DNA from: Macrostomum lignano
Lineage: Eukaryota
Reading direction: 5' to 3'
DNA length: 64,000 nucleotides
Assembly (NCBI GenBank): GCA_002269645.1
Contig: NIVC01003858.1
Coordinates: forward strand, 1 to 64,000
The notes beneath the pieces were generated by a model. That model was not told the DNA's origin. It worked only from the letters and a program-made list of their open reading frames with translations, and searched no databases. Shown piece by piece: positions 35,949-49,486 of the stretch. The first letter of the stretch is position 1. Every line of letters starts with the position of its first letter. Both the position numbers and the translations under genes were made by a program.

Positions 35949-38900
35949 ATGGCTGGTCGCCCACCCAACAGCGATGATGGCACAGTGTTCAAGCTTGTTG
36001 TAGTGGGAAATGGTGGCGTTGGGAAAAGTGCTTTGACAATTCAGTACTTCCAGAAGATGTTTGTACAAGATTATGATCCCACGATTGAGGACTCTTATAT
36101 CCAGTTTAAGATGATTGATAACGAATGGTACTTGCTTGATGTGCTTGATACAGCAGGTAAGTTCGCTCTGATTATTTGAAATGTCAATAGTTTAGTTAGT
36201 TGGCAAAGGTCACTCAGTGTGCACTGAGAACGTTACTGTGATACGAATCGCTAGAGTAATTGCAAATAACTCACTAGTGACTAACGACTCTATAAACTAC
36301 TCTAGAGGCTTTTAAACTGCTCAAACGACTGCAATGCAACGGAGAGGCGACTTGAGTGATGGTCGCATCAATTGAGCTGTAGATCTGTAGGAGCCACAAA
36401 ATGTCGTCCAATAATCGTGTTAGACCTTTACTTTCTATTAACTTCAATCCACTAAAGTTGTTATAAATGCGAATGAGATTCAAATTCATAAACTGATGCG
36501 GATGCGCTTTAGATGCAACTCGGTGTTTCTAAAGCGACTCTGGCCCCAGAGTCATTAAAGAAACGCCCCAGAGTCGCAGACAATAAAACGTCCCAAATTG
36601 ACTCTTGGTGACATCTCATCGTTTTAGAGTCGTCTAAGAGTCACTTACCTATTTTACCTGTGTAACCTGCAACGACTCTTGGCGACGCAAGTGACTCTGA
36701 GACGCCTCTTGGCCTAGGTACCGTTTTCATTATGCAGTCATTGTTTTGGTTCTCTGGCACAGTACGCACTGTGACTGTGCACCATGTTCGTGCTTAGGGG
36801 TCACCTATGTGATTGTTTATACTGTTCTGTTCTAATCTGAACGTGCCGTTACTACTTTGTTATGTCTTTGCAGGTCAAGATGAGTTCTCTGCCATGCGAG
36901 AGCAGTACATGCGCAAAGGCGACGGCTTTCTGTTAGTCTATTCCGTTACTGATCGAAAAAGTTTCGAAGATATTCGACATTTTCATACGCAAATTTTGCG
37001 CGTTAAAGATCGCGAACATTATCCAATGATTCTACTGGCTAATAAGGTGGATATCGTGCACCTGAGGCAGGTGTTTGAGGACGAGGGCAAAGCCCTGGCA
37101 AGTCAACTTAAAGTGAGTTCGTTGGATTAAATACATTTCATCTTATGAAATTAGCTTATAATTATAGTAAGTTTGGAGTACAGGTTGGCTGTGGTACAGT
37201 ATGTAGTACGCAAGGAAAGGAACGTCGTTAGAATATCTCTGGGAGAATTCTGCTACTACTCTTATTTAAGTACACACGTTTACGAAACAAGGCGCTACAA
37301 ACACACCCTCTGAGAACAAAGTAAAGGAAGTGTGAACAAAACAATGTACGGTAGAGAAAACTGATCAGACAGGTTCAATAATTTTAATCAATGTATGCGC
37401 AGCAAACTAAGCACTGCAACATCAACCGAGTCCGATGCGAGGGTGTAGCTGGTTTTATACGATCGATTGACACCACTGAAGGCTTGCTGTTGGTTTCTAA
37501 CGTGAATTTTGTCTGGTGTCTGTCTAAAGTCATACGTGGGTACATGCATGCAGCCAAAGCAGACGGAAGTTGAAGGACGGAGGCGCGTTCGTGCATAGTT
37601 GGGTGTAAGGAAAAAAACAGCTGGTGCAGGCTTGTAAACAGCTCCTTGGCAGTGGACCAATGACTGTCTCGTCCCCGAAAATATGCATCTCGCGGAGCAC
37701 AACAGGTAGCTGCTGGAGCCAGTCCTTTCTGCGTACTCTCAACCCAACCTTCAGCGTCCGATAGATACTCAGCGATGCCATTCGCTCTCGGATATTTTAG
37801 GTTGGTGCGCGAGTGTAATAAAAAATTCCGAGCAGTATCGTCAAACTCTGCATGAGCTCCGCGCGGAACTGCCAGCCCTGGTCACTCGTCACGACCGTCA
37901 ATGGTGGGCCGAACGGCGAAATCCTGGATTCTAGAAAGTGCGGCTGACTTGGCGACGATGTCGGGTGGCTTCAAATCCAGCGCGAATACGCGTCGACCAT
38001 CGTGAGCAAGTAGCGAGGCCTTGGACTGACATCGGTAGCCGTGACAACCTGTCTTACACTGCTGACATTAGGCCATCAATTTTAGGATATCGACGATAAC
38101 CATGTCCAGACAAAAGAAACGATAAATACAAGCGTAATGAGCCGTTGAGTAGCCTTGCTTCAATGGTGTGCGAACGAATGCAACGAATCGAACACGGCGT
38201 AGGTTTGTCTACTAGACAAAGACGCACCGCAGCGGGCAGTCCTTGATGCCGGCCCATGTCGAAGTTGCTAAAACCACCTGTTTAAGAATCGGTCTCCGGG
38301 CTCTAACTGTGCCCAAGCGACGACTGGCAGGTCCACGCATTGCGGAATGTCAGATTTGAGCCGAACAGTAGCTATTGGTTGGTCCTAGGCGGGGTAGACC
38401 AGCTGTTGTTATAGCGCGTCGGCCACGATGTTGTCTTTGGATAGTTAGAGTTGCTGCCGGTCAGAGAAACACCCTTTCCTATTCTCGAACACTCCGATGA
38501 TGGGTTTGTGATCGCAGAACATGGAGGTCTGTTGATCCTGGATCATGTACTTCTGTCTTGACCGCGGAAAAGTAGGGAGTAGCTCTCAGCCTGCTGCTTC
38601 TGTATTGGATAGCTTGTGTAAGTAGAAAGCCAATAGTGAAGACTGCCCAGCTACTACCTGGTTGAAAGCTTCTTCAATGGCGGTGGCGCTGAAATCTTTT
38701 GTGACTGTAAACGGCTCTTGAGATGCCTTCCAAGCGCCTTCGTATCGACTTGTCTAAATGAAAGAAGCAGTGACGAGCTGTCGTGGCGGGACGGCGTTAT
38801 CGGCATAGTTGGGAATGCGCCGCTGGTAAAAAAAACATTCCGTGGTAGCGTTGCAATGATTGATAATCAGTGGGAAACTCGAGAGTTTTAGCGGCCGAAT

Positions 38901-39492
38901 GCTGTCGGAAGCGACGAGGTTGCCAAGAAACTGCACTGAGTCGCGAAAGAGCTGGCGCGTCGCAGAATCGACGCTTAAACCTTTGTCGCTAAAGTGTCGC
39001 AGCATGCATAGCTTTCACGTGATCTTGGTGCTTTTCTTGCGACTGGCTATATACCAGGATGTTTTAAATGCATTGCGTTACGAACGGAAGCTCGCGGAAG
39101 ATGGAGTCTACGTACCGTTGGAACGTATTAGCAGCGTTTCGGCGGCCGAATTTCATTCGCAGGTATTCAAAAGAATCTAGCCGGTACAAATAGCCGTTTT
39201 GTTTCAATGTCTTTGTCTGCCATCGGGACGAAGTGCTAGGCCTTGTTTAGTGGTAGGCTCTGTCTGTGTTTATCAACCCCCAAGAATCGGTAGTAAAACA
39301 TCTCAATAATCGAACCCCCACCCTCAAATCCAATACATCGAGACCAGCGCTAAAGACCCGCCATTCAATGTTGATGAAGCCTTCAGCGCAATTGTACGAA
39401 TTGTCCGAAATCAGCCACGCGAGGCGGTGCCGGCGAAAGAGAAAAAACGGCGCAGAGGCGCGGGGCGCAAACTCAAATGCGAGCTCATGTAA
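35949..39492 (+). CDS. MRAS: M-Ras copy 2 (tandem paralogue), possibly splice-defective: exon 3 acceptor reads AA instead of AG
   Basis: Exons 35949-36156, 36874-37112 and 39328-39492 are colinear with copy 1 and individually intact. Acceptor is ccctcAA|ATC at 39326-39327 versus ccctcAG|ATC in copy 1. Switch II reads GQDEF. Confidence 0.72.
36222..36690 (+). mobile_element. Dispersed MITE-like repeat, copy 4 (MRAS copy 2 intron 1)
   Basis: Same blocks as the other copies. Confidence 0.7.
37380..39010 (-). mobile_element. Decayed Ty3/Gypsy LTR-retrotransposon pol remnant (RT, RNase H, integrase) in MRAS copy 2 intron 2
   Basis: Minus-strand fragments in Gypsy order: [27 protein letters not shown]; RNase H-like [18 protein letters not shown]; integrase W.QQLP.VL and SIDRIKPA. 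Many stops and frameshifts. Confidence 0.8.
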
Positions 39493-41183
39493 ATCTGGTT
39501 GCTAAGATGGGAAAGATGGGTAAATAATCCAGTAAATTCACCAGCCTGACAAAAAACTTCAATAGGCATTAAATAGCTTTTTTGTCGTTTAGGGGAAAAA
39601 TACGTTAAAACCTCTATTATGCTACTGCCTACCTTTTGGGCAGCGTCTCTACGTTTATATACATTGTTTTTGTCATTGTCGAATTTTATAGCAGGCTTTT
39701 TGCCAGTTTATTGTATCCCATCAATTTTATTAAGTTCTCTATTGTCTTTTAATTTTGCTCATCATACCAAACAATCCTTTTCTCTTTTACAAATTATAAA
39801 AACAGCATATCTGTATTATTTATTCGGAAAATAGTCTAAAATTGACCATCTTTGGACGAGAAAATCCCCATGATCCCAGCCCCAGCTGCAGCGGCAACAG
39901 TAACTTTCGTGATGATGAAGTTCATTTATTGAATTCTGTGTATACTACTTCAGAATATCACTGAATATGAGTAGTATGCTTGGATTAAAATCTACCAGAA
40001 ATCAATTAGAGATTAGCTCTGCCTACTAATAGAATGGAAAAACTGATTGCTGATCATCAAGCCCTGATTTATATATTTAAATACCATTGTAGCTATTTTT
40101 ATGCCGTATTGTTAACATCATCAATGCAAAGATGCACGAATTTTGTCTCAATGCTTTCATAGAAAAAGGGTTGCTTTTTAAAATAGCATGAAGCCAACAG
40201 GTAGTCATGCTATTGTTTGTTCTGTGTCTGTATAGGTGTGATATAATATTTTTTATATTTGTTATATTTTTATTGTCTATATGCAGTTTTGAATTGGCTC
40301 GACTTGGTAAAAAATGCACTAATTAAGGGTACCAAACTTATTCGCTACAAATTCAACTGCAAATATAAATATTTGATAGCTAATTTCGTCCCAGCTTTTT
40401 GCTGTTGTTATTGTTGTTTTCCGAATATGCCTCTGTCTTAAAAATTTGAGAGATTAGTTGTTTTATTGTTCTTATTAAAAGGCTACGAATAGTAGTGCGG
40501 CTACTATATTATAATACATAGTACTCGTATTAGTACAAAGCAATTGTAGTATTTGAGCGTAGTTCATATAGCAGCACAATATACCAATATACATGCCTTA
40601 TTGTATGTATATATGTAACTGCATATCAATTATAGGAAAATCTTACTTATAGGGTTCCTGCGCCTCTGTCCAATAAGTGGAACAATACATGTAGAGCCGC
40701 GAGAGTTCAGAAATTATTTATGAGCAATTGAGCAGTAATCTCATTCTCACACTACACTATACGCATGAACAATATAGCTGGTATGCACCGAAGGTACGAC
40801 AGCGAAACACGAAGAACCTTTTCCTTTTCTTGGGCCTGTTACCATATCATTTATTAGTTCATATGATATAGAAAAATATTGTTTAGAATATCTTCCTTAG
40901 CTAAGCAGATATTTATTGTGCAAAAATTAGTTATTATGTATGAATTCCGTGGTAGAATTTTTATTCTGATATATTCCTGAGCGAAATTCATTACCTATTT
41001 AGGTCTGTAACAGGGTGTAGGTTAGGGTTTAAATTCAGGTTTAGAATACTTTTGTAGGGGTTAATGAAATCGCTGACAGTATTATATATGCTGTCATTAG
41101 GCCTACTTCCAGGTTATAACTTAATCCCTAATTCTTAACTCCTATTCCTAAACCCTTAACGACATGTTTATCATAACTGCCTC

Positions 41184-41410
41184 TTGAGGGGCGCCCCTGT
41201 CTCTTTGGTAGGCACCCCACCGCCCCTGTCTCTTGGTGGGCGCCCCTGTCTCTTGGTGGGCGCCCCTGTTTCTTGGTGGGTGTCCCTATCTCTTAGTTGG
41301 GCGCCCCTGTTTCTTGGTGGGTGTCCCTATCTCTTAGTTGGGCGCCCCTGTTTCTTGGTGGGCGGGGGCCCCCAGCTGTCTCTTAGTTGGGCGCCCCTGT
41401 CTCTTGATGG
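41184..41410. repeat. ~20-bp minisatellite (GGGCGCCCCTGTCTCTTGGT)
   Basis: Direct reading. Confidence 0.88.
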
Positions 41411-42159
41411 GCACACTACCCCGGTGCATGGCTGCCATGTCCAAGGTGAGGCAAAAGTTGAGCTCCTAGCATTCATCGAGCTTTGTTACCTGTTTCATTT
41501 AGTTTTCGGAGGGGCATTGAGGTGGGGTCGCCCCTTCCTCCTGACCCCCTTTGCGTACCGTACGCCACCCAAATAGAACCTTTTTAATAGCTACTGTCTT
41601 TCTAGCCAGCTCTTCAAATGTACACAAAATATTTAGCAAGTGTCTTGCATTTGAATAAGTTTCGTAGTAGGAGACGAAAGAAACTAAACAGAATAATGGC
41701 AGTGTTCAGCTGTTCAGAGCTGTAAGCAAGCATAATTGGAATAGGAGGAGAGAGGGTGTAACTGCAGGTAACCGCTTAAACAACTAAGTGCAAGCATAGC
41801 CGTTGGGTCATTACAAAAGATTGGTCGCTGCAAAAACAGCGACTGGCACAGCGGGCGAGACAAGCTCAGATGCTCTGTGCGCTACCTCGAGTGAGACGGC
41901 GACGAGGGCCTTAGCAACAGAAATGATGAAATCTCGCCAGTCGCCAATGGAGCCGGAGGCGGACAGAGGCGCTTACAATAGTCGGCCATCGACAGGGGCT
42001 GAGTCAGCTGCAACACTGGCCGATTCAACATGTTTCAATTCTGTTGGAGAGGTGCGTGCAGTGATTCTGTGTACTTTTCTTTCGATTTATACTCGTACAG
42101 TACCCAGTAGGTAACTTCTAAAGTTAAATCGCTTTTAAAACTCTGAATGGTTGACTGAC

Positions 42160-42712
42160 TGTCTTTAAAGCTCTGGATGGTTAACTGACTGTCTTAAAGC
42201 TGCCATCAAAGCTCTGGATGGTTAACCACTGAACCACTGGCTTGTACAGCTCTGGATGGTTAACCACTGAACCACTGGCTTGTACAGCTCTGGATGGTTA
42301 ACCACTGGCTTGTACAGCTCGGGATGGTTAACCACTGGCTTGTACAGCTCTGGATGGTTAACCACTGGCTTGTACAAGCTCTGGATGGTTAACCACTGGC
42401 TTGTACAGCTCTGGATGGTTAACCACTGGCTTGTACAGCTCTGGAAGGTTAACCACTGGCTTGTACAGCTCTGGATGGTTAACCACTAGCTTGTACAGCT
42501 CTGGATATTTAACCACTGGCTTGCACAAGCTCTGGATGGTTAACCACTGGCTTGTACAGCTCTGGATGGTTAACCACTGGCTGTTAAAGCTCTGGATGGT
42601 TAACCACTGCTTGTACAGCTCTGGATATTTAACCACTGCTTGTACAAGCTCTGGATGGTTAACCACTGGCTGTTAAAGCTCTGCATGGTTAACCACTGGC
42701 TCTTAAAGCTCT
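42160..42712. repeat. 30-bp minisatellite (CTGGATGGTTAACCACTGGCTTGTACAGCT)
   Basis: About 18 units. Confidence 0.95.
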
Positions 42713-42859
42713 ATAGTGATATCTGTTTTTGTCCATCAATTCGACTGACAGACGTTTATTGGCAAAACCTTGAGCAATTTCGAATCTTACTATCGCATAT
42801 TGCAGTCTAAAATCCTTATTTCCATTCGACTTCTACGTCAATTCCCACAGCGCAAGAAG

Positions 42860-45478
42860 ATGCGCCTATTCATCTGCCACGAAAACGGTCGCAACACGAT
42901 GGACGTGCCCGAAGGAAAAACTGTAGGTGCCATCAAACAGATCATCAAAGGTGAGCACTGACTGTGTACACATCTCTGTGCCTTGGGGTCGTCGGCCCTC
43001 ATCGGTCCTGATCGAAATAGCAAATAACAAAGCCACAAAGCCAAGTGGAACGACAAAAACTACATCATTCGATCAACTAAATGTATGTACTCAGCCTCCC
43101 GATGTACATTAGCATCATCTAATTTTGGTACTCAAGTTGTCCGACACTGCAACACATCAATTGCTACAAAAAAACCTGCTCAAACCAAACTCACGCAGAT
43201 CGATTTAAAATTCGAGTGGATCAAGTCCAACTAGGCGACATCAATTTCGAGCGCAATACGCTCGTGCTGGCGTACGCTGGCGGCGAGCTGGACGACCGCT
43301 GGGTCCTGTCGGACATGGGCATCAAGCCGGGCTCGACGCTGCGAGCCTACGTCAAGGAAGAAACAGATCCCGTGCTGTACCTTCGCCTGTGCTACAACGA
43401 GGAGATGGTTCCCATACTGGACCGGCTCAACCTTACCGGATTCCCCGTGTCCGCTCTCCGCAGCATGGCCTCCAGGCGCAGCGGCCTGCCAGTGGGAATA
43501 TTTCGCCTAGCAACCAGCCAGGGAGTGGAAATGTTCGACTGTCACAGCCTGGACGAGTACTCGGTGAAGCCCGGGGACACTGTCCGAGTTGAGACCTGGG
43601 ACGGCTGGATCGACCTGCTGCGTCTGTCCGCACTGGGTTTCACCAGCCACCTGTTGGAGAAAATTTCGCCAACTGACGAAGTGCTTGCCAAATTCCAGAT
43701 GAAGGTGGCCCTGTACATGGCTGCTCATTTCGGTCAGGTGGAGTTGAGCACTACCCTGACCAGGCAGCACGGAGTTCGAGCCGATGAAGCTGTCGGTCCG
43801 CACCCGCTGAAACAGTGGTGCACAGCCGAGCGACATCCAGACCTGAAGAAGACTCCGATTCACGAGGCTGTCGAGATGGGCCAGCTATCCGTGCTGCGCG
43901 GATTTGTGCACCACAATGTCTGCTCAATCATGGTCCGCGATGGTGCCGGCCTGCAGCCGCTGAATTTGGCTCTGCGCCAGAAGCAGAAATCGTGCGCCAG
44001 CTTTCTGCTAACAAAACAGTGGAGTCGCATCGGCTACGGCAGCGGGACTGTTCCGCTGGCCATCTTTGCCAGGATGAAGAACTGGTCGGAGAAGGCCAAG
44101 GACCGGGTGACCGTGCTGTATGGGCAGGAGAAGTGAGTCTCTGTGAGAAGCACTCTGAAGGGATGGGGCACTCTGAAATGATGGGCCCTATGAGGTTATT
44201 AGCATCTATTGTTACGAGCACTCTGAAAATATGAGCACTCTGAAGATATGAGCCCTCTGATGTTATGAGCACTCTGACGCCATGAGCACTCTGAAGATAT
44301 AGCTCGTAAGAAATCTGATATTACGAGCACTCCGATGTTTTGAGCACTCTAAAGATACATGTATGAGCACTCTGAAGATATGAGCCCTCAGATGTTGTGA
44401 GCGCTCGGCTGTTATAAGCATTTTAAAGATATGAGCACCCCGAAGATACATGTGAGCATTTTGAAAGACCAGACACTTGTGAAAGGAAGTCAAATAAGAT
44501 AAAAAACTGTTTCTGTCAAATATATTAATCATATTTGCTAGCAAGCGTCAAAATTATTTATAATAATGCAATCTAAGCTTTAAATTTGGCATACAGATAT
44601 CACAACCCACCACTGATGCAGATCCTCGCTAAAGAAGAAGCCCATCAAGGGCTATCCCCTGGTTGGCCAGGGTGTCTACGTTGACGGCTTCAGCCAGCAG
44701 CAGCTCAACAGCAGCAACAAACCACCAGCTAACAAGCAAGAAACCGAAGTCACCAGGGCCATCGATCGGTACTATTCCGCCATGTACCGAACTGACCCCG
44801 AGGATCACTTCAAGAAGGTTACTAAACTGATGAAGACGCCAAAACAGAAGGTAAAATTGAATTTTTTGTTTGATATTTGGGATCATAGTTGTTATATATT
44901 GCATTACATTATGGTAATCCTTTTTATTACACCTGCCCAAATTGGGCCACGTGTGCAACCGACAGCTCAGCCGCAGCTATCGCGCGGTGCATCTGAAAGC
45001 TGCGTACGGCTGTTCAGTCCAAGGACTGGGGGGGTCGCCACACACACCCTCAATTACCCCAGCTAATGCTGGCACCCATTTTACAGCTGAGTAAACTGAA
45101 GCAATGCAGAGTTAAGTGTCCTGCTCAAGGACACAAATTGCTCCGAGTGGGATCGGGAATCGAACCCCCGACCTTCAAGTCTTGAGTCCGACGCTCAACT
45201 CCCTTTGAACAATCTTTATATACAATCTAGGTTATTCCTGCTTTGACTCGCAAGAAATTGGTAAGAGAACTATTGGCAATTGTTAGAAAGTTTTACTATT
45301 GTTATGCACCTTCAATTCTTGATAAGATGCAAGTACAATGGATAAGGCCAACACTTCAGTGATTTCTATTAATTAAACTTTTACACATTTTACCATTAAT
45401 ACTATTTAGTAGCTACTAATTAGTAGTGCGGATCAATTAAAAAAGCACTACTAGCATATTTATACCAATGTCGACAAC

Positions 45479-45571
<93 letters not shown>

Positions 45572-45696
45572 GTCTTTCTGTGTCTGTCTGTCTGTCTGTC
45601 TGTCTGTCTTTCTGTCTGTCTGTCTGTCTGTCTTTCTGTTTCTGTCTTGTGTCTGTCTGTCTTTCTGTTTCTGTCTTGTGTCTGTCTGTCTGTCTT

Positions 45697-45789
<93 letters not shown>

Positions 45790-48098
45790 GTCTGTCTCTG
45801 TCTTGTGTCTGTCTTGTGTCTGTCTGTCTGTCTGTCTATTGTGTCTGTCTGTCATATCTGCCATAATATCTGTCAATCAGCAAGCACCTAAACACTTTGA
45901 TCATTGCAGAGCAAGTGGGCAAAGATGGCTGGCGCAGGCGGCAACCGTGGGGACCAGGATGCAGCCGCCCCGATGGCCCGCATCGACTCCGCGTCAACAA
46001 CTCCGCCTCAGACTCAGCAGCAGCAACAGGCACCCGGCGGAGTGAAGCTACCACCGCTGCAACAGTCATCTGGTAGCGCGGTGTACATTGAGACTGGCAA
46101 GCAGGCGGCCAAGAAGCAGCCGCAGAAGCAGCTGCAACAGAAATCGCAGGCCACAACAAGCAGTTTACAGCTAACAAAAGCCAAAGGCAACGATGGGGCA
46201 ATTCCGCTTCCTCTGCACAGCGTTGAGGTGATTCTACTAAAATATCTGTTGCTGAGATGTCAAGGCTTATTGGGGGAATTGCTGAGATGTCAAGGCTGAC
46301 GGGGGAATTGCTGAGATGTCAAGGCTTATTGGGGGAATTGCTGAGATGTCAAGGCTTACAGCTGGGGGAATTACTGAGATGGCAAGGCTTACTGGGGAAT
46401 TGCTGAGATGTCAAGGCTTATAGCTGGGGGAATTGCTGAGATGTCAAGGCTTATAGCTGGGGGAATTGCTGAGATGTCAAGGCTTATAGCTGGGGGAATT
46501 GCTGAGATGTCAAGGCTTACAGCTGGGGGAATTGCTGAGATGTCAAGGCTTACAGCTGGGGGAATTGCTGAGATGTCAAGGCTTACAGCTGGGGGAATTG
46601 CTGAGATGTCAAGGCTTATAGCTGGGGGAATTGCTGAGATATCAAAGCTGACGGGGGAATTGCTGAGATGTCAAGGCTTATTGGGGGAATTGATGAGATG
46701 TCAAAGCTTATTGGGGGAATTGCTGAGATGTCAAGGCTTAGGTCAGAATCTATCTACATGTACTTTTAATTTTTAAAAAAATTCCATTATTGCTGCTTCC
46801 CCAACGTTTCTCAAGGGTCATTCCCGACAAGTTTATAGCGGCCCTGACTATCTCATGCTTGCGTGGCGTGACTGTAAAATATTGCCCAACCATTTTTGCA
46901 CATTTCGATCAATTTTTAACAAATATTACCATGCAGGAGTCTCCTCCTCAAGTAAAATAGCCAACTTTCCAAGATGCTATACTACATGCAGCTAAATGTA
47001 GTTCGCATATCGCTAGTGCATCTTTTTATTAGTAAGTATAAACTTTAGAGAACGTATATCGCTGAATCAATTTTTTTTCCATAGGCAATGTCGGTCGCAA
47101 AAGAAACCACGCTAGAAAAATCCGCTACATTTGAAGAAAACTCGTACAAGCAGTGACCTCGTTTCTTAGAAATCATTTTAAAGTATGGTTTAGCCGAAAA
47201 ATACTAGCGTGCACTTATCGAAATATTTATAATTAATTATTTGATATAATCATAATATTCGAGCGTACAGGTTTATTTCAAAACTATTTTCAAAAACGTC
47301 ATTGAAAAGTATGACTAGCTATGCACCTTTTGTATAGATAAATATAGATATAAATATCTAGAGAAAAAAACAAAAAAGAAAACTATATAAAAATGAATAA
47401 AGCGAATAATGTAAAGGCAAACTATAGCTTCTTATAGATTTGAACTTTATTCTTTATAATTTCATTAAAAACTACCCCTAAACTTATGTCGAATAAATAA
47501 AAAAGTTTAGAAAACAAATGATTTCTAAAAAACAAATAATTTCTAAGAAACAAATAATTTCTAAGAAACAAATAATGTCTAAGAAACAAATAATTTCTAA
47601 GAAACAAATGATTTCTAAGAAGCAAATGATTTCTAAGAAACAAATAATTATAGAAAATATAATTTCTAAGAAACAAATAATTTCTATAAAACAAATAATT
47701 TCTAAGAAACAAATGATTTCTAAGAAACAAATGATTTCTAAGAAACAAATAAAAAAACAAATAATTTCTAAGAAACCAATAATTTCTAAGAAACAAATAA
47801 TTTCTTCTGCCCTCGTTTAAGTAGTTTTTGTGTTCTGTGCTAATTGCAGGACACACCGCGGCCGTTCCTGCACCTGAGGAAAGGTCAAACAAACGAAGTT
47901 CAGCAGGTGCTGGATCTGTACTATCGGCAGAGAGGCGTTCCAGCCCGGGAGTACGCCATCCAGTGTCTGAGTGCGGCGCAGAGCTTCAAAGACAAGCCGT
48001 GGCTTCATCAAGTCCGGCTGGCGATGAGCTTCACGGAGACTGGAGTGCGAAAAATGACTAATAAGAACAGCCATAATCTGTTTGGCACGAACCAATAG
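42860..48098 (+). CDS. ANKUB1: Ankyrin repeat and ubiquitin domain-containing protein 1, 5 coding exons, 606 aa from the conserved Met; possible extra upstream exon ending at 42051
   Basis: Exons 42860-42950, 43199-44132, 44622-44850, 45910-46227 and 47850-48098 (GT-AG; 1821 nt). MRLFI.. start, [24 protein letters not shown] ubiquitin-like fold, SGLPV..FRL..G.EMFDC..L, WDGW..L, VALY.AA..G, EAVG.HP...WC, PIHEA, and C-terminal A..CL..A..FK.K.WL.Q match ANKUB1 from memory. Confidence 0.9.
44140..44470. repeat. Degenerate GAGCACTCTGAAGATAT-type minisatellite (ANKUB1 intron)
   Basis: Direct reading. Confidence 0.8.
44935..45203 (-). mobile_element. tRNA-derived SINE with a CORE (MIR-like) domain
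   Basis: Minus strand has B box GGTTCGATTCCC. Plus strand CCCATTTTACAGCTGAGTAAACTGA..GAGTTAAGTGTCCTGCTCAAGGACACA resembles the MIR core CCCATTTTACAGATGAGGAAACTGAG..GGTTAAGT.ACTTGCCCAAGGTCACA. Confidence 0.75.
45480..45852. repeat. (TGTC)n microsatellite
   Basis: Direct reading. Confidence 0.97.
46245..46742. repeat. 33-bp minisatellite (GCTGAGATGTCAAGGCTTATAGCTGGGGGAATT)
   Basis: About 15 units. Confidence 0.95.
47510..47805. repeat. 18-bp minisatellite (AATTTCTAAGAAACAAAT)
   Basis: About 16 units. Confidence 0.94.
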
Positions 48099-49229
48099 GC
48101 TATTGACACTGGCTGTTTATAAAAAAAACTATTAAATTTCATATTGCTGATTTGACTCAACTCGAATACTCTAAGATAATGTTGTACTTGATCACAAGGT
48201 AATTGGTCAACTCAATCACTTCTTATCTGTTTAACCGCGTCAATGTGTCAAATAAAGTTCAGCTGTGAAATATCCAAGGACTACTCCAAGTAGAAGGACT
48301 GGGAAACTGAGGTTTTAACGAAGAAATATAATTTGGAGAACGAAGGTTGTATTTTTCAGCGCAAAAATTGTTCATCTTTTGATATGTCTTGCCTTTCTGC
48401 CTATCTGTCTGTTGATATTCATAAAGCTTCTCGTTTAGGAAATTAGGATTTTACATGTACATTAATTTTATATCCTATGTACAGGTCCTGTGCCAAAAAG
48501 GTCATAAAAGTTGACTCATTGATTTTATGAACCTATCTAACAAAATCTAACAGCTAGAATAGCCCGCGCTAATTTTTAGTTCCAGGTTCGAAATTAAGCC
48601 TAGGAATTATTGAGCACAAACCTCCAATCAAGCGGCACTGGGCTACAATTAGTGAAGAAATGCCACTTTGAAAAGAGGTATTATATTCCCATCGACTGTG
48701 GCCTCAAAGAGAAGACTCACTCACCTGGGCCACCTGCAATTTAATGTCCTGAATCTAGCATTCGAATTTTTCTGCTAATTTCCCAAATCAAAGTGTCCAT
48801 GCAGCTTTGCAAGTCATACATGTAATTATGAGTCTCTATCTCAAAGTAAAACGTCTGCAAGACTTAGGCTCTTCCTTTCCTCACAGTAATTTCTACCGGT
48901 AATTGCCGGCCTGCACATTCTGCTTGATATCTTGTCGATGATAATAAAACCCGGAAAAAAGTAGACATTCCCCCCCCCCTGACTTCGGGATTCTGAGTGC
49001 GTGTTATTAATTTGGATTCGGCCAGCTCAGCACTTGACCTAGAACTGGCGCTTGACTGCTGAGGACCCCCAGCTGTTCCCGAGATCGCATCGGACAGAGT
49101 GCAGCAGTGTGTGACAAATTTCTTCGAGGGTAAGGGCGGCTAGCTGCTCATCCGGGATTTCATGCCTCTCACCTCTAGCCTTGCGTGGGCTGGGTGTGAT
49201 TAAGGCTGGTACGGTTCCTGCACTGATGA

Positions 49230-49285
49230 AGACAGACAGATAGGCAGACAGACAGACAAACAGACAGACAGACAAACAGACAGGC

Positions 49286-49327
<42 letters not shown>

Positions 49328-49356
49328 GCAGACAGACACACGGACACACAGACAGC

Positions 49357-49387
<31 letters not shown>

Positions 49388-49419
49388 GCAGACAGACAGA
49401 CAGACAGACACACGGACAC

Positions 49420-49458
<39 letters not shown>

Positions 49459-49486
49459 CACGGACACACAGACAGACAAATAATAC
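49230..49486. repeat. (GACA)n microsatellite
   Basis: Direct reading. Confidence 0.96.
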
